This document shows positions 40,598 through 55,313 of a DNA stretch of 64,000 nt, in pieces. The DNA comes from Octopus vulgaris. Taxonomy: Eukaryota. The stretch spans positions 28,086,001 to 28,150,000 of the forward strand of contig OX597823.1 in the NCBI GenBank assembly GCA_951406725.2, written 5' to 3'. The position numbers and the translations under genes are program-made. Under the pieces are notes generated by a model. The model did not search any database. It was not told the DNA's origin and worked only from the letters and a program-made list of their open reading frames with translations. Positions within the stretch are counted from its first letter, which is position 1. Each line of letters begins with the position of its first letter.

Positions 40598-41127
40598 GAT
40601 ATGCATGCATGTATGTATGTATGTATGTATGTATGTATGTATGTATGTATGTATGTATGTATGTATGTATGTATGTATGTATGTATATATGTATGCATGC
40701 ATGCATGTATATATGTATGTTTGTATGCATGTATGTATGTATGCATCTATGTATGTATGCATGTATGTATGTATGTATGTATGTATGTATGTATGCATGC
40801 ATGCATGCATGTATGTATGTATGTATGTATGTATGTATGCATGCATGTATGTATGTATGTATGCATGCATGTATGTATGTATGTATGCATGCATGCATGT
40901 ATGTATGTATGTATGTATGCATGCATGCATGTATGTATGTATGTATGTATGTATGCATGTATGTATGTATGCATGTATGTATGCATGTATCTATGTATGC
41001 ATGCATGCATGCATGTATGTATGTATGCATGCATGCATGTATATATGTATGTATGAATGCATGTATGTATGCATGCATGTATGTATGCCTGTATGTATGT
41101 ATGTATGCATGCATGTATGTATGTATG

Positions 41128-41199
<72 letters not shown>
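40598..41199. repeat. Compound (TATG/CATG)n and (TA)n microsatellite
   Basis: About 600 bp of low complexity. Source of the long spurious ORFs here. Confidence 0.97.
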
Positions 41200-41202
<3 letters not shown>

Positions 41203-41237
41203 ACCCAGGCGGCCCGGGTTCGATTCCCGGCATGGGA
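41203..41237 (+). pseudogene. 3' half of a tRNA-Glu-like sequence, fused to a SINE-like tail
   Basis: acccaggcggcccgggttcgattcccggcatggga closely matches the anticodon-3' arm, T arm and acceptor strand of metazoan tRNA-Glu. The 5' half is absent and (TA)n lies in its place. Confidence 0.7.
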
Positions 41238-41356
41238 ACGTATCATGCTCAAGTTATGGTACAGTTTTTTACAGCGGTGGTGCCCCAGCATGGCCGTGGC
41301 CTTCGGGCTGAAACATTTTAAGGATTTAAGTTTAAGGATATATATATATATATATA

Positions 41357-41800
41357 CATTGAGAAAAAAGTTGTCAGAATTTTGGAAAAAAAAAACTTTT
41401 TATTTCTCCATTATTATTAGCTCTTTCGTTCGTTTCTCGAACAACCTGTCAGATAAAATTTTGTGAATGTACAAACAGCTTGTTCATTTATATAAAGCAA
41501 ATGTTTTTTTTGAGTGTTTAGTTCAGAAGAAGAGAACATTGTTTATGTTTCCTCGGATCAGGTTCCATCTATCTCAATTGTCATGGAGCCCCACTAAAAA
41601 AGATAAATAAAATAATGTTATCTTCTTCTAAACAACATCCTCCCCCCCCCCCCAAAGAAGTCTGTTTTATATAAATGAAAAAGCTGATTGTACATTCATA
41701 AAATTGTATTTGACAAGTTCCAGAAACGAACGAAAGAGCTAATAATAATGGAGAAATAAAATGTTTTTTTCCAAAATTCTGACGACTTTTTTTCTCAATA
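41357..41800. mobile_element. MITE with long (~190 bp) imperfect TIRs
   Basis: attgagaaaaaagttgtcagaattttggaaaaaaa... is the inverse of ...tttttttccaaaattctgacgactttttttctcaat. TA context, non-coding. Confidence 0.85.
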
Positions 41801-42696
41801 TTCAGTTTCTGTACATCACACCTAACACTCTACACACACACACACACACTCACGTATGCTAGATGTTGAACCCGACGTTACTCGTGTTTTCCGGGATTTT
41901 ACCCGGTTAACGCTTTTGATATATTCCTACATACTGAACCGTCTGAAATCGCAGTCAAACTTTTGGGTGTACCTCGACTCATTGAGAGTGATGTTTGTTT
42001 ATTTCTCTCCCCTTAATGCAAGCCTCTGTACAAAATTGATCAGCGTCTGTAATCTCAGCAAAATCCGCAGAAAAGTGTTAAGGTTATGTCATAAAATACA
42101 GGCTTGGTTCTGGCTTTTGACATGTTTTGCAAAAATAAAATTATGAAATCTACCATATCAGGTACTTCAGAACTTGAAGTAAATTGGAGTTTATTGGAGT
42201 TCACAATTTTACCAAAATTCTACACATTTGGTGGAGGTGACAGTGTTCTAAGATTGCCAAAAGACAAAAATCTTTCGGTTTCTACAGCACATTTTTGACA
42301 GGGCCACATTTGATGAGTGCATTGAACATAGGTGCGTACAGAGACTGCTTAGTGCTAACTCATCTTCATCTGGCAAAGACTGTTCGTCCTAACCAAAACG
42401 TCACTTATCAGAACGATCGTGACAAGAAGTGATCAAGATGGCATGAACCCAATGTATTATGTTACATGTTTTCTTCTGCGTGTCTCCGCTAAGATAGTCG
42501 GAGTTTAAAACTCGGAGTGTTCCGTCTTGAATGAGAATGTTTCAAATTTAAGCAGTTCAGTTTTACATAGGAATACGTGTATCCGCATGAGAGTGTGTAA
42601 GTATGCATATAGGTGTGTGTGTGTGTGTGTGTGTGTATGTATATACGAATGTGTGAATCCGCTTATATACATTTGTAAACATGCATATATATGTAT

Positions 42697-42728
<32 letters not shown>

Positions 42729-42796
42729 TCTTTTATTCTTTTACTTGTTTCAGTGATTTGATTGCAGCCATTTTGGAGCACCCCTTTGTTTATATG

Positions 42797-42870
42797 CAGG
42801 GGTTGGACAAAATAATTGTAACACCTTTAAAATTCAAATAAATTCATTTTAATATGGGGTAGGACCATAT
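42797..42870 (+). mobile_element. Tc1-like 5' terminal fragment
   Basis: caggggttggacaaaataattgtaacacct TIR-like start. Confidence 0.4.
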
Positions 42871-42989
42871 TGAAAGGTTGCAAGACGCAACGAAAATTTT
42901 AGGACAATAAAAATAAGAAAAACGTGGAAATTTTACCGGTGAGTGCGTTGCATAATAAGGCACAAAAAGAAAATTACTCTCCCCAGACA

Positions 42990-43710
42990 CAATAGAATAT
43001 TGACTCACCTAGTTCAAATCGGTAAAGTGAAAAAGTAGGATAAGTGCGTTCCACCAGAACTCAATGAAAATCAGAAACAGCAACGTGAGGAAGCCTGCAT
43101 TATGGATCCAACAAACGTAAACGTTCAGCACAATGGCTGGACAAACACGAACCACCAAGACACAGTTCAAAAAGCAAAATTCATCAAAAGAAGCTGATGG
43201 TGTGTGTTTGGTGGTATGGCGCAGGTGTGATCCATTATGATTTCGTTAGACCTGGTTCATCAATCACAGCCGAATTATACTGCAGTCAACTGGACTAAGT
43301 GGTGCAGAAACTTACAAAAAAAAAAGCCTAGATGAGTCAGCAGAACCACTCCTATTTTATTGCAAGACAACACCAGACCACATATCGCAAAAATGACATT
43401 GGCGAAACTACAGGAGCTGGACTTGGAAGTTCTCTGTGATCCACCATACTCACCTGATCTTGCCCCCACTGACTACCACTTCTTTATAGGAAAGCTTAAT
43501 TCCGACGATGCTGCAAAACAAGCCTTCCAAGATTTTATTGACTCTAGATTGCCAAGCTTTTACAGTTCCGGGATGGACAAGCTACCGCTGAAATGGCAAG
43601 AGTGAAATGACAATATGGGTGCACACTTTGATGAATAAAACTATTCCTTGTATTTATAAAACATTAGCAAACTTTTATTTCTTTCCTACAAATTTCATAC
43701 ATGGCAACCT
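42990..43710 (+). mobile_element. Mariner transposon 3' part (decayed)
   Basis: KLMVCVWW, QDNTRPH and PPYSPDLAPTDYHFF motifs; ends in a TIR-like catggcaacc and TA. Confidence 0.88.
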
Positions 43711-44148
43711 ACTATTTCTTCCGACTAGCTAACGATTCTGCTAGCCCGCGGCCCTCTTAATATTACTATTAATTAAACCTCTTTATATTAGAAGTCAATT
43801 AACGGTGTCAGCCTCTAGCAAAAGAATCGGCTAACTCGCTGTTTCAATGTTAATAAAATGTTATATCAATATATTTTATATCAGAAATCAGTATGATGAC
43901 ATGTTATTTCGGCAGTGATTTTAATCTAGATATTAAATCTATACTTCTAGAATTATCTAGCAGTTTCTCATACTTTATTTCACGTTGAATATCCCATTAT
44001 ATCTATAACATGTAGAAGCTTGGCTCTAGGTTTCATGCTTATATGCATATGCTTAAATGTACACGCCCAAACACATGTATAAATATACTTGTTCCTGTCA
44101 CATACACACAAATATATTTATATATATATATATACATGTAAACACACA

Positions 44149-44221
<73 letters not shown>

Positions 44222-44549
44222 TTATATATATTTATATACACACATATTTTTTTAATCAACAAATGTATATGCAGTGTGTACATGCGCGTATATGTGTGCA
44301 ATTACAATACGCATTCACACCATCACACATACAAACAAACATGCATACATACGTACATACATGCATACACACATATACGCATATATATATGCGTATATAT
44401 ATATATATATATGTATATATATTTTCTATTTTCTATTTTCTCTCCCTGTTTATTTCTGTGTTCCTTTCTGTCGAAGAGCGTAAAAGTCTTTCTCACTTCT
44501 CGACCGTTAATGTAACATACTCTTATTCCTCATTTGTCTTCTTGTAAAT

Positions 44550-44583
<34 letters not shown>

Positions 44584-45055
44584 TCTGTCTCTCTCTCTCT
44601 CTCTGTCTCTCTCTCCATATATATAGTTTAACCATAAATTACCTTTACACTTTGAGAAATACAGAAAAAGGTGTAAGAAAGAATCCCTCAGTAGAGTTTA
44701 TTGGAAAACAGGTAAGGTTTTAAGAGATATATTAAAACACTTCCAGCTGGGCGCTATTGGTTGCTCGCAGCGTATCTAGGCGATAAATTGTGGAAGTTGT
44801 ACAGACAATTTATGGTCATCCTGTATAGAAATATGGAACGAGTGGGTTGAGAGCAAAATCAGCTTAGTACAGGTCGCACAGGTTACTGTTCAAATGCATG
44901 TGAACTTAAACTCTACTTTCTTCATACAAGACCAGCTCTTCGGTAGCGAAAGTTAGAGCAATACTTATCGAGCTGTTATGGAGGTAGTAAGATGCGTAAA
45001 TACAGTTAGGGCTGAGACATATGGAGCACAACATATAGGAAAAATTATGTAATGT

Positions 45056-45120
45056 CTTATCTCGACAGCTGTTTCAAGATGGCCATAGCTTACGTAATAA
45101 CCATATTCATCTAAATATAA
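45056..45120 (-). ncRNA. Degenerate hammerhead remnant downstream of a PLE fragment
   Basis: The minus strand reads ttatatt-TAGATGA-atatgg...ccatctt-GAAA-cagctg-TC-gagataa. Helix III is palindromic and the core is damaged. Confidence 0.45.
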
Positions 45121-45225
45121 ATCTCAAGCCTAACTGTCTATATACATATGTGTGTGTTTGCTTGCATTGTGTATATGCATGTACTTATACATAATTACAT
45201 ACATAGATACATACACACACACACA

Positions 45226-45276
<51 letters not shown>

Positions 45277-45639
45277 GTATGTATGTGTATGAGTGTGTGT
45301 ATGTTTGTGTGTGTATGTATAAGAAAAGCAGTCTGTAATTCACTTCATTGTTGCGCAGAACTTCATACAAGCGCGCAAGTATAATATGAATTTATGTTAC
45401 CTTTGAAACAATATTGCGGACGAAGAAAATGATAGTGTAAGTTTTACGTCAGTAGATCCAGTTACAAAGTCAGATTTTATGGGATAAGATTCATGATATA
45501 ATTGGATATGTTGTATATTGGAGATAGAATGTTGTAGAGAGAGGAAAATAGGATAGCTGCCTCCAAGGTAATTTATGTTGTGACACTGGTTGGAACCAGT
45601 CTACATTTTCAAATGAAAATCTCAATATTTTGCATTATC

Positions 45640-46220
45640 TCAAAGTGAAATAAACATCATGATGTGAATTCGATAAAATTAGTGTCATCCGGCTAGTTCA
45701 GAAATGATGTAGGTTGCTCCAGGATCTGGAACTTTTAGGTTAGGTGATGTACCGTGGCTCATAAAAACCAAGAGGGTTCATATAGTTTAAAATATTACAG
45801 CTGATAAAGGGCGGCCTATGTTATTGTCAGAAATGCTAAGGCATGATCGTTAAATTGCCTGAAAAATTATGATAGAAACATAGAAGATTTGACTACATGA
45901 AGGCGGTGGTGATTTCGTTGCTCTATATAGGACATCTATGGAGGAGTAGGATTACTTAGGTCGATTTGCAGATGGATTTCGACAATTACAGAGAGATGAT
46001 GTCTGTGAAGAGATTTGTTGGCATGGTAATATATCATTTGTCGACACGTTGTCCTTGCAGGAATAGCTGATCTTTATTTTGTGTAAGTTGAAGTAATTAT
46101 TGTATTTGTGCGTGAGTGGAAAAATGATGACTTTTTTTAAACCGATAACCAAAGTGGGCTCGTTAGCCTGACAAAGAGCAAACCTGTTGTAGTTTACTTG
46201 CGTTAATAAACAATTTCTTT
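45640..46220 (-). pseudogene. Highly decayed Penelope-like C-terminal fragment
   Basis: FPLTHKYNNYFNLHKIKISYSC...CNCRNP...VLYRAT parallels the region preceding the GIY-YIG at 1473-2020. Confidence 0.65.
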
Positions 46221-46257
46221 TGTTATATTCAGTTTAGAACTTTTTGAACGTTTTCTT

Positions 46258-46289
<32 letters not shown>

Positions 46290-46423
46290 TTCTGAGAGTC
46301 TTGGCATTTCACCATTTTCTTATATTCTTCATCCTCTTTTATCTTAATGCGAATTTTTCTCTTCAGTCAGTCTCTATATTAATCATAAACCTTACACTTT
46401 ATTATTCACCCCACCCATCTCCT

Positions 46424-46470
<47 letters not shown>

Positions 46471-46480
46471 TACATACATG

Positions 46481-46605
46481 GGAGACTTTATAACGTAGTA
46501 TCCAAACCTAGTTTTGAGAATGTCCCTAGTAGTGTGCCTTCCTTGAGAGCACACTGCCACTGACATACCAAAAACAAGGTTTGGAGACTACGTTTTAAAG
46601 TCTCC
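46481..46605. mobile_element. 125-bp foldback (MITE-like)
   Basis: ggagactttataacgtagtatccaaacct is the inverse of aggtttggagactacgttttaaagtctcc. Inner pairing gtgtgc/gcacac. Confidence 0.6.
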
Positions 46606-46682
46606 TATCTAAACTTTAATTTTAGCCATAACCTACACCCCCACAGACATCGGTATCTGTATATATATCCATATATATCAAT

Positions 46683-46792
<110 letters not shown>

Positions 46793-47456
46793 GGCTGACT
46801 GTCTGTCTGTCTGCATGCCTGTCTGTCTGTCTGACTGTCAGTCTGTCTGTCATCGTCTGGTCCATCTCGTTTCCTAATATTTCTTCCTTCGTTTAAGTTT
46901 CTTTTTAAACATCGGTAACTCTGATAGCTGGCAAGACAGATTGTTGCATAGGAGAATTGCCCACAGAAGTCACTTCTTGTGGTCAGTGGAGATCTTGTGG
47001 TCAGTGGAGTTGGAAGATCTTTCGTCGTAGAAGTTTATGTTCTTCGTTTCTTTGTCGATGATTTTCAAAATCTTCTTCGTCAGTCTTGACGTCATGCCAA
47101 GCTGTTCCGTCCTTAGTGTGTTACCCCCAGGATTTAGTCATCGCATGTCTGTGACCAGATCATTTAAACATTTTTACTTTATATATTGAAAATCAGTTAG
47201 CAGCCAGTTCTTCAGAGCTCTTGGACAATTCCTCCGCTCTTCTGTTTGTTTTGGTACTATTTTAAAACAACTACAAAACTCACAATGCACTAGCAAAAGA
47301 ATATCTCAAAGAATTATCACAGATATAATACGGAACTACACTGAGCTAATGGAATGGACTCAAAGTACGATGTTGTAAATTAGTGTTTCTATTTCTTATT
47401 TAAAATTCTCACCAATCTTCTTGTTTGCTTTTTCGAAGCCAACTCAAGGCAAAATC

Positions 47457-47502
<46 letters not shown>

Positions 47503-47608
47503 TACACACATATATACATATATATATATGTATATATAAACATATATATATATATATATACATATATATACATACATATATATGTATATATGTATGCATA
47601 TATGTATT

Positions 47609-47641
<33 letters not shown>

Positions 47642-47708
47642 GCATGTATATATATAAATATGTATATACAGATATATATATATAAATCTCTCTCTCTCTA
47701 TATATATA

Positions 47709-47764
<56 letters not shown>

Positions 47765-48360
47765 CATATATATACATATATATACATATATACATAATAT
47801 TTATATAGACATATACACATATATGTACGCACACATATATGCATATGTATGTGTATGTGTTTATACGTATAAATGGGTGCATATATATATGCATGTATAT
47901 TTGAATGAGTGAATGAGCATGTATATATGTATGTGAGTGCATGTGCGTGCGTGCGTGCGTGTGTATCTATATATATATACTTATATGCATATAATTACGT
48001 ATATGTTTATGCATGTGTAAATGTACAACGTATATCTATGAAGCCGAAACGCAGCTCGTAAGCTGAAAGTAACATTTTCATTGACATGCCTGTCTATTAA
48101 GCATCTTCCTCATTCATTTTCTTTCATTTGCCGTAAAGGTCAAATCCACAGCACGTGCAGTTTATCGCTTGGCTGAATGAATAGTTGTCGCTGTTGCAAG
48201 CAAACAAGCAAGCAAGCCAGTAAGGCGGAATGGAATAAAGTAGAAAGATGAGAAGTTTATAGGAACAAAAGAACAGCGAGGATTTCGCATTTCGTGATAG
48301 GGGTTTTAATGTGTTCTTTTGCCCTTATCATGGATATATTTCATCTTAGTTTGTGTCTAT

Positions 48361-48750
48361 TGTGGCACTCCGTCGGTTACGACGACGAGGGTTCTAGTTG
48401 ATCCGATCAACGGAACAGCCTGCACGTGAAATTAACGTGCAAGTGGCTGAGCAATCCACAGACACGTGTACCCTTAACGTAGTTCTCGAGAGAGATTCAG
48501 CGTGACACAGAGTGGGACAAGTCTGGCCCTTTGAAATACAGGAGCAACAGAAACAGGAAGAAAGAGTGAGAGAAAGTTACGATGAAAGAGTACAGCATGG
48601 TACGGCATCCACACCACACCCTGCCCGTGCCTCGTGGAGCTTTAGGTGCTTTCGCTCAATAAACACTCACAACACCCAGTCTGAGAATCGAAACCACGAT
48701 CCCACGACCCTGAGTCTGCTGCTCTAACCTCTGGGCCATTACCTCTCCAC
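48361..48750 (-). mobile_element. SINE family C
   Basis: Minus-strand tRNA-like head (ggttagagcagcagactc...ggtttcgattctc). The body is homologous to 15778-16076. Confidence 0.8.
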
Positions 48751-48922
48751 TTTGTGTCTATAATTGTTCATCAAAAGTGAGTTCTCGTAGAAACTATTTT
48801 ACAAAGTAGAAAAGTTATCGCGCAGTTTGGTTGGATATGAAGAAAATAGTTTAAAAAATCTCCAAGAATATTGACTTTATTGTCAACACACACGCACACA
48901 CATATATCTCTATCTATCTATC

Positions 48923-48994
<72 letters not shown>

Positions 48995-49011
48995 GTCAGT
49001 CTGTCTGTCTG

Positions 49012-49042
<31 letters not shown>

Positions 49043-49077
49043 ATGTATGTATGTCTGTCTCTCTGTCCGTCTGTCTA

Positions 49078-49109
<32 letters not shown>

Positions 49110-49114
49110 TCTAT

Positions 49115-49843
49115 CTGGTTCGGTCCGGACCTCCAAATGGAGAACTGGGGAGAAATAACGACTAGAGTGGCTAGGCATGCCGTGGTTGATGATGCGCAGA
49201 TATGCGCTGAGACTGCGACATTTCCGGCGCTTCATAGACAACGGTGAACAGGTGTGGTCGCTTTTTGTGCGACGCGCTTTCCCGCAGCTCGTCTCTTTGG
49301 CCGAACTACAGTCGTGGATCAAACAGAGGCCGAGGCTAGGCGAATGGCACCGCGAGTGCCGCGTTGCTCTCAAGCAACTCTGCCGTCCGGGACCAAACTT
49401 GTGCGACTTCATTACAACAAAAGCGTTCTATAGAGGATTAGTGGAGGGGAGGTGCGACGACGTTCTCGGGCAGAATCTGGGCGTCGAAGAGGAACACCTG
49501 ACCCGCCTGTTCAGGACAACTTTCGGGTCGGTACCTATGGACAATCACCAAAGATCCCTGGCCTGGCATTACCTGTTCGGGATAAGCTCTACAGGCACGG
49601 TTCGAGACACACTGGACTGACTTTCCCGAGATGCAGTCAGAACGACGTAACTTCCTTTAAAATAAATTTGTCTCTGTGATACACGATCCCTTTTGATCGC
49701 TTTTTTTCCCGATCCCTTTTGATCGGAATTTTACATTTGTTTCCTTTTTTGTTCCTTTTTTCTTTTTTCATCTTCGAAAAGAAAAGCTCTACATTTGTAT
49801 TTGTCCCCTCTGTATTCAGCCGTGTGTGGCCAATAAAGAAAGT
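49115..49843 (+). mobile_element. Tx1-like LINE, internally deleted copy 3
   Basis: Matches 5461-5520, then 5743-6240, then the 3' UTR (gtgtgtggccaataaagaaa). (TCTA)n-type arrays lie on both sides. Confidence 0.92.
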
Positions 49844-49901
49844 TATCTATGTATGTATGTACGTATTTGTCTGTCTGTCTATCTATATGTCTGTCTGTCC
49901 G

Positions 49902-50016
<115 letters not shown>

Positions 50017-50094
50017 GTCTGTCTGTTTGTCTGTCTGTCGTCTGTCTGTCTGTCTGTCTATCTGTCTATGTATGTATGTATGTATGTATGTATG

Positions 50095-50139
<45 letters not shown>

Positions 50140-50462
50140 ATGTATTTGTCTGTCTATACATACGAACATACAAACATATACACGTATATTTATACACTAA
50201 ACTTATGAACTGTGAGTATATTATTGTCCAGCTTATAGTTACATATTGGTACAGCGCCACATACATTTTAGTTACAAATATTATACATTCACATACACGG
50301 GAAGCATTGCATTTCACACGTTTCTAAATACCGCACCACCTATATTTCTATCAGACATCATCAACACATAAAAGCTCCATTTGCATATGAGCCAGCCAGT
50401 GAACTTTTAATCTGGTAGAAATATCAGTCAAATCTCCCTTAAACTTCTCAACAGTGTGGGAA

Positions 50463-50538
<76 letters not shown>

Positions 50539-50814
50539 AGAGTACTGTAGCCCTACATATGTTATGCCTGAGAGAAAAACAGGGTGATAACGCCTGAAAT
50601 ACTCTTCTTTCTCTTCCATTTTTATGGTAACTAAAATATTTAAGTGAAATATCTTGCACCATGAACTAATATGGTGTCGGATGAGCAGATTCATTTTTGT
50701 TACAAAGACGCTCACTTCCAGCTTCCCATGATATTGCTTGCAACTCTCGCATTTAAAACGCTTAAGAAAATATTTTAAAAGATAGAAAACAGTATGCTTT
50801 TATATGTTTAGCAC

Positions 50815-51270
50815 CAGAATTGGCTAAAGCATCAGAGAGCCAGAGAAAACGTCTTGCAGTATTTACTCCGGCTCTTTATTTTTCTGAGTTCAGATCTCGG
50901 CGATATTCAAATTTGCTTTCCATTCCCCTGAAGTTGATGACAATAAAGTATCATTGACGTTCTGGTGTGGATGTTATCGACCGGCCTCTTTCTCGAAATA
51001 TCAGACCTTCCGCTTATCCTAAAATATAATTATTCACTAACAATCAACTGAGATGGAATAGCAAAATCGTTAAAGCCTGGGGAGAAAATGTTTGCTATAT
51101 TTGTTCGGGGTCTTTGAATTCAGAATTGAAATTCTGCTGTGGCCAATTTCGCCTTTCATCCTTTCCGTGTCGATAAAACAAAGCAGCAGTTAAGTTCTTG
51201 GGTCGATTCTATCGAGTAACTCCTAACTCTTAAAATTGTTGACCCGTACTTAAATTAAAAATTATTATTT
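50815..51270 (+). mobile_element. Two old SINE family B copies
   Basis: ttctgagttcagatctcgg...tttgctttccattcc and gcctttcatcctttccgtgtcgataaa. Confidence 0.65.
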
Positions 51271-54039
51271 AGTACCAAAATGGTCATTTTATTTCTATTC
51301 CTGTGAGCAAAAATGTTCCACATATGATCGTTTTGCTTTTCTTCAGACATAACAAACATTATCCAATATGTTTGCCTATCCGTTTCTTTTTAAAGCTACC
51401 TGCGATTGAATTACCAACGGTCTGGCAGCTGTTGCAAAATGCCCTTTTGTTGGCTTCAGAACCCATTTTGTAGTTTTCCTAGATCCCGCTCAAAAATTTA
51501 CTAAAATCTCTTCTCGCAATTCATTTCGGTAGATTTCTATGAACGCTTTCATTTGCAGACCACAAACAACTTCTACAGTTTGTTACCAACCACCATTCAT
51601 TGTTTCTGGTTTTTGAAACCAAACATCTCATAAATTATTGAGTATTTTGACAAACAGACTAATAAAACGGTGAATAAGTCACGTATTGATTTCACATATT
51701 CCTACCAAACCAAAAAAGTTATTATTAGCCTCACTGGTTACTTTAATGGTAATCGATTGGTCAAGTGTAAGATTCTATAGTCAAATAAAAGCCCCCTAAT
51801 CGAAAAATACTCGTATAAATCAATGACTATTATAGCTAAAGTAATTATCTTGATAGAGTTGGTCTCAGTGTGTTTGCAAAAAAAAAAAAAAAAATGGATT
51901 GAGGTCAACAGCGCTTTAGTTGCTTGGTTATTATTTCGCTTGAGCCATTTTCAATAATATCCTTGTTCTGATGGAGGTGTGTTTTTGGAAATCTGAGTCA
52001 AATTTCAAAGAGGTAGATGTGTAATCGATAATGTAGAAGTGACGGTTAAAAGATTAGACATTAAGAAAAGCGAAGGCAAGTGGAAAAATTGACGCTGTTT
52101 TCCGAGAGAAAGAATCGGTGGTATTAGTAGCATGAGATTAAGCTTGTCCAAATCCTGTCAGTTTTGGTTAACATGGACAGTTTTGGTTAACATGACAGTG
52201 GCAATGGAAGATTATTTCTTCTTGCGAATGGGAATAGCAAGAGGACGATTCATAATGGAAAATAATAATAATTTAGCATGAAGAAACAAATATATTACTG
52301 ACTGATATTGGATAATGTAGATGATATTGGCGACGAATGATGGTGATGATGGTGATGATTGGAATTGTGGTGTTGATGGCAATGGTAGAGATGCTGGTGG
52401 ACATAGTGGGTGGTGGTAATAGCAGTGTTGGTGATGGTGGTGGGGCCAATGTGGAAGGCGAATTTTTAGAGTCCTTAGGGTGGAATGTTTCGCGTTAATT
52501 ATTACATCGCTCTGCAGGTTGAGATCAAACTCTGTCGAGACCAACTTCGCAGAAAAAGTACCAAATCAGGTCTTTGAATTAATGGAACTGTAACAACTCC
52601 GTACTTTATGCGTGGCGGTACTTGTATTCTGAGTTCAAATCTTGCGAAGGCCTACTTTCATGGTAGATTTAATTCCCTGAATGGGGTTTAATGTCACAAC
52701 CACGGGGCATACTGAATACCTTTATCGGAGTTCACTGTGTTGTAAGTATTCAGGTTTGGTCTTTCGTTTGAGGATGTATTCCTTCTTGCAACTTATATTG
52801 GAAGCTCTGTAAAGTGTCATGTCTGCTGATTTCTTTCTCGAATAAAAGAAAAAAAACACACGTGTGGCAGATAAAGTAAATCTTGTTTAATAGGACAGGG
52901 GCCTTCTTAGTATACACTTAGAATAGGAAAGTGAACTATATTAATAACAATCATGAATTGCTAACACGGACACAATATTTCGTTTAGTAGCCACAATATA
53001 CCATCAAGTATTTTTATGAATCAATATTGTGCTTCACTTTGTGTTAGCAGTGCCTTATTTTCTATTTTTTAAGTCTATCTCTACTGATTTTCTATTGCGT
53101 TCAGAGCCAACATCGAAAGTTACGACGCTTCATATACGAATACGTCTATGTAAACAATCCGATCGAAGGTAGAAAAAATAGTTAATAGGTGTTTATGCAT
53201 ACTTCAAGAGTTGTTGCTCTTTCTAATATAGGCAGAAGGCCATTTTTTTAAATGAAGAGATTAGTCGATTAAATGGCTTCCCAGTATTTGACCCAAGAAG
53301 GATGGAGTGTAAAGTTAGTCTCAGCAGTATTTGTAATACGACCTTCTCTGATGACACTACATCATTACCCGACTGGTAGAGGACTATAAGCACATGACGG
53401 CATTTTAGATCCCAAGCATTAGAACTCGGCTTTTGCTTGATACAGAATGGTATGTAGGTTTATATTTGTGAATGTGTGTGTGAGTGAGTGCATGTGTGTG
53501 TGTGTGTATGTATGTGTCATCGTGCGTGTGTGTATAGTTAGACAATTAGACTAATCTAGGAACACATCCGGAATTTAAAACTATTTATTAACAAGTCGAC
53601 TCAATCCGAGGCACATAGCATAGATTTTTTCCACACGTAAATTCCAGAAACTTTACGTGAAGTGGGGCTTCTCAGATGTCGATGATCAGACTATGACCCA
53701 CAGTAATTTTTTAAACCATCATAGCACACTAGTTATGTTTATTTATACTACAAGAGTACTGATGTCATTATAAAGCTAAAAGTATATTTACAGTTGATAC
53801 GCAATCTCTGAAAATTTGCTAATGCATCAGTTTATAAAGCTTTCCCCTAAATAGCAGATAGTATTGTTAACGAAAAACGCGTAACATGACGTACCTAAAT
53901 AATTTATGAACAAATTCTCGAAATCTTTTGTCTATATGTAATTTTTGATCTTTTTAATTATGAAGATTGTAAAAGAAACTTGAGCTATAACATGGGTTCT
54001 CTTCGTAGTTTTCTTTTTCAATATATAAGGTTTAATTAA

Positions 54040-54440
54040 GGCATCGTGCTGGCAGAAACGTTAGCACGCCGGGCGAAATGCTTAGCAGTATTTCGTCTGT
54101 CTTTACGTTCTGAGTTCAAGTTCTGCCGAGGTCGACTTTGCCTTTCATCCTTTCGGGGTCAATTAAATAAGTACCAGTTATGTAATCGACTGAAACCCTT
54201 TGTCTGTCCTTCTTTGTCCACTCTTTGTTTAGCCCTTTGTGGGAAATAAAGAAATAAATATATAAGGTTTCATTATTTCGTCTGTCTTTAGGTTCTGAGT
54301 TCAAATTCCGCCGAGGTCGACTTTACTATTCATCCTTTCGGGGTCGATAAGTTAAGTACCAGTTGCGTACTTGGGTCGATCTAATCGACTGCCACCCCAC
54401 CCAAAAGTTTCGGGCCTTGAGCCTAGAGTAGAAAAGAATA
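54040..54440 (+). mobile_element. SINE family B, full copy plus 5'-truncated tandem copy
   Basis: Homologous to 10594-10845; the internal block is repeated at 54274-54390. Confidence 0.85.
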
Positions 54441-54519
54441 CAAATTTTCACACAGTGTCCTGTATACTCGTTATATGTCATGCAATGGAAATTCAAATCC
54501 CACAACTACATATATACGT

Positions 54520-54780
54520 GAAAGCACATGACCTAGTAGTTAAGGCAGCGGACTCGTGGTGGAGAGATCGCGGGTTCGAATCTCAGACCGGGTGATGTGT
54601 GTGTTCATTAGCGAAAAGTTATGGCGAACTTCTGCTAACTTTTTCGTCATATCTTTCTCTTATTCTTTCCACACATGTGACGGACCAGCGTCCTGTCCAG
54701 GTGGGTAACCTATGCGCCAATGAAACGAGGAAACCGGCCCTTATAAGCGAGGCATGGCTGGAGAAGGAGCAAACAACAAC
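54520..54780 (+). mobile_element. tRNA-derived SINE (head related to family C)
   Basis: A-box-like tgacctagtagttaagg and B box gggttcgaatc at 54572-54582. Confidence 0.7.
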
Positions 54781-54814
54781 ACACATATATACATATTTCA
54801 ATGCATAAGTGCAT

Positions 54815-54872
<58 letters not shown>

Positions 54873-55281
54873 TAACGAATGTTTTTATGTCAAGTTATAT
54901 ATAAAAGCAATTTAATGTTAAATTAAAGAATTAATACTTTTTAGAGCATAGGTTTATTGAACCTTGAAGCCATTGTCACACCTCTTGTAAAATTTGAGTG
55001 AGCATGCACACACACGCGCACGCAAGCACATATACACATAAATGCATGCGTACATATAGCTTGTTGAGAGCGCATAGCATTATCAAGGTATTGAAATAAA
55101 ATAGTAATTTTTTACAAAAAAGTATGGTAGATCGAACGGAAGAGATGGAGAGTGATACAGATGCACACACACACACACGCACACACACAAACACACACAT
55201 TTATGTATGTAAGTATACATATGCGTGTGTGTGGGTGTCTATGTATATACACTCATATATAGATGGTAGTTATTTCTACTT

Positions 55282-55313
<32 letters not shown>

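Noticed and set aside
41203-41237. Functional tRNA gene
   Set aside because: The acceptor 5' strand, D arm and anticodon are missing.
40541-41466. Long overlapping ORFs (up to 285 aa)
   Set aside because: Translations of stop-free (TATG/CATG)n and (TA)n arrays.
46870-47300. Possible exon or LINE ORF1 remnant on the minus strand
   Set aside because: No recognisable motif or convincing splice pair, so I cannot support it.
52159-52200. Short tandem duplications (also 4968-5003, 36721-36749, 57415-57452)
   Set aside because: Ordinary slippage duplications of 15-20 bp with no further structure.
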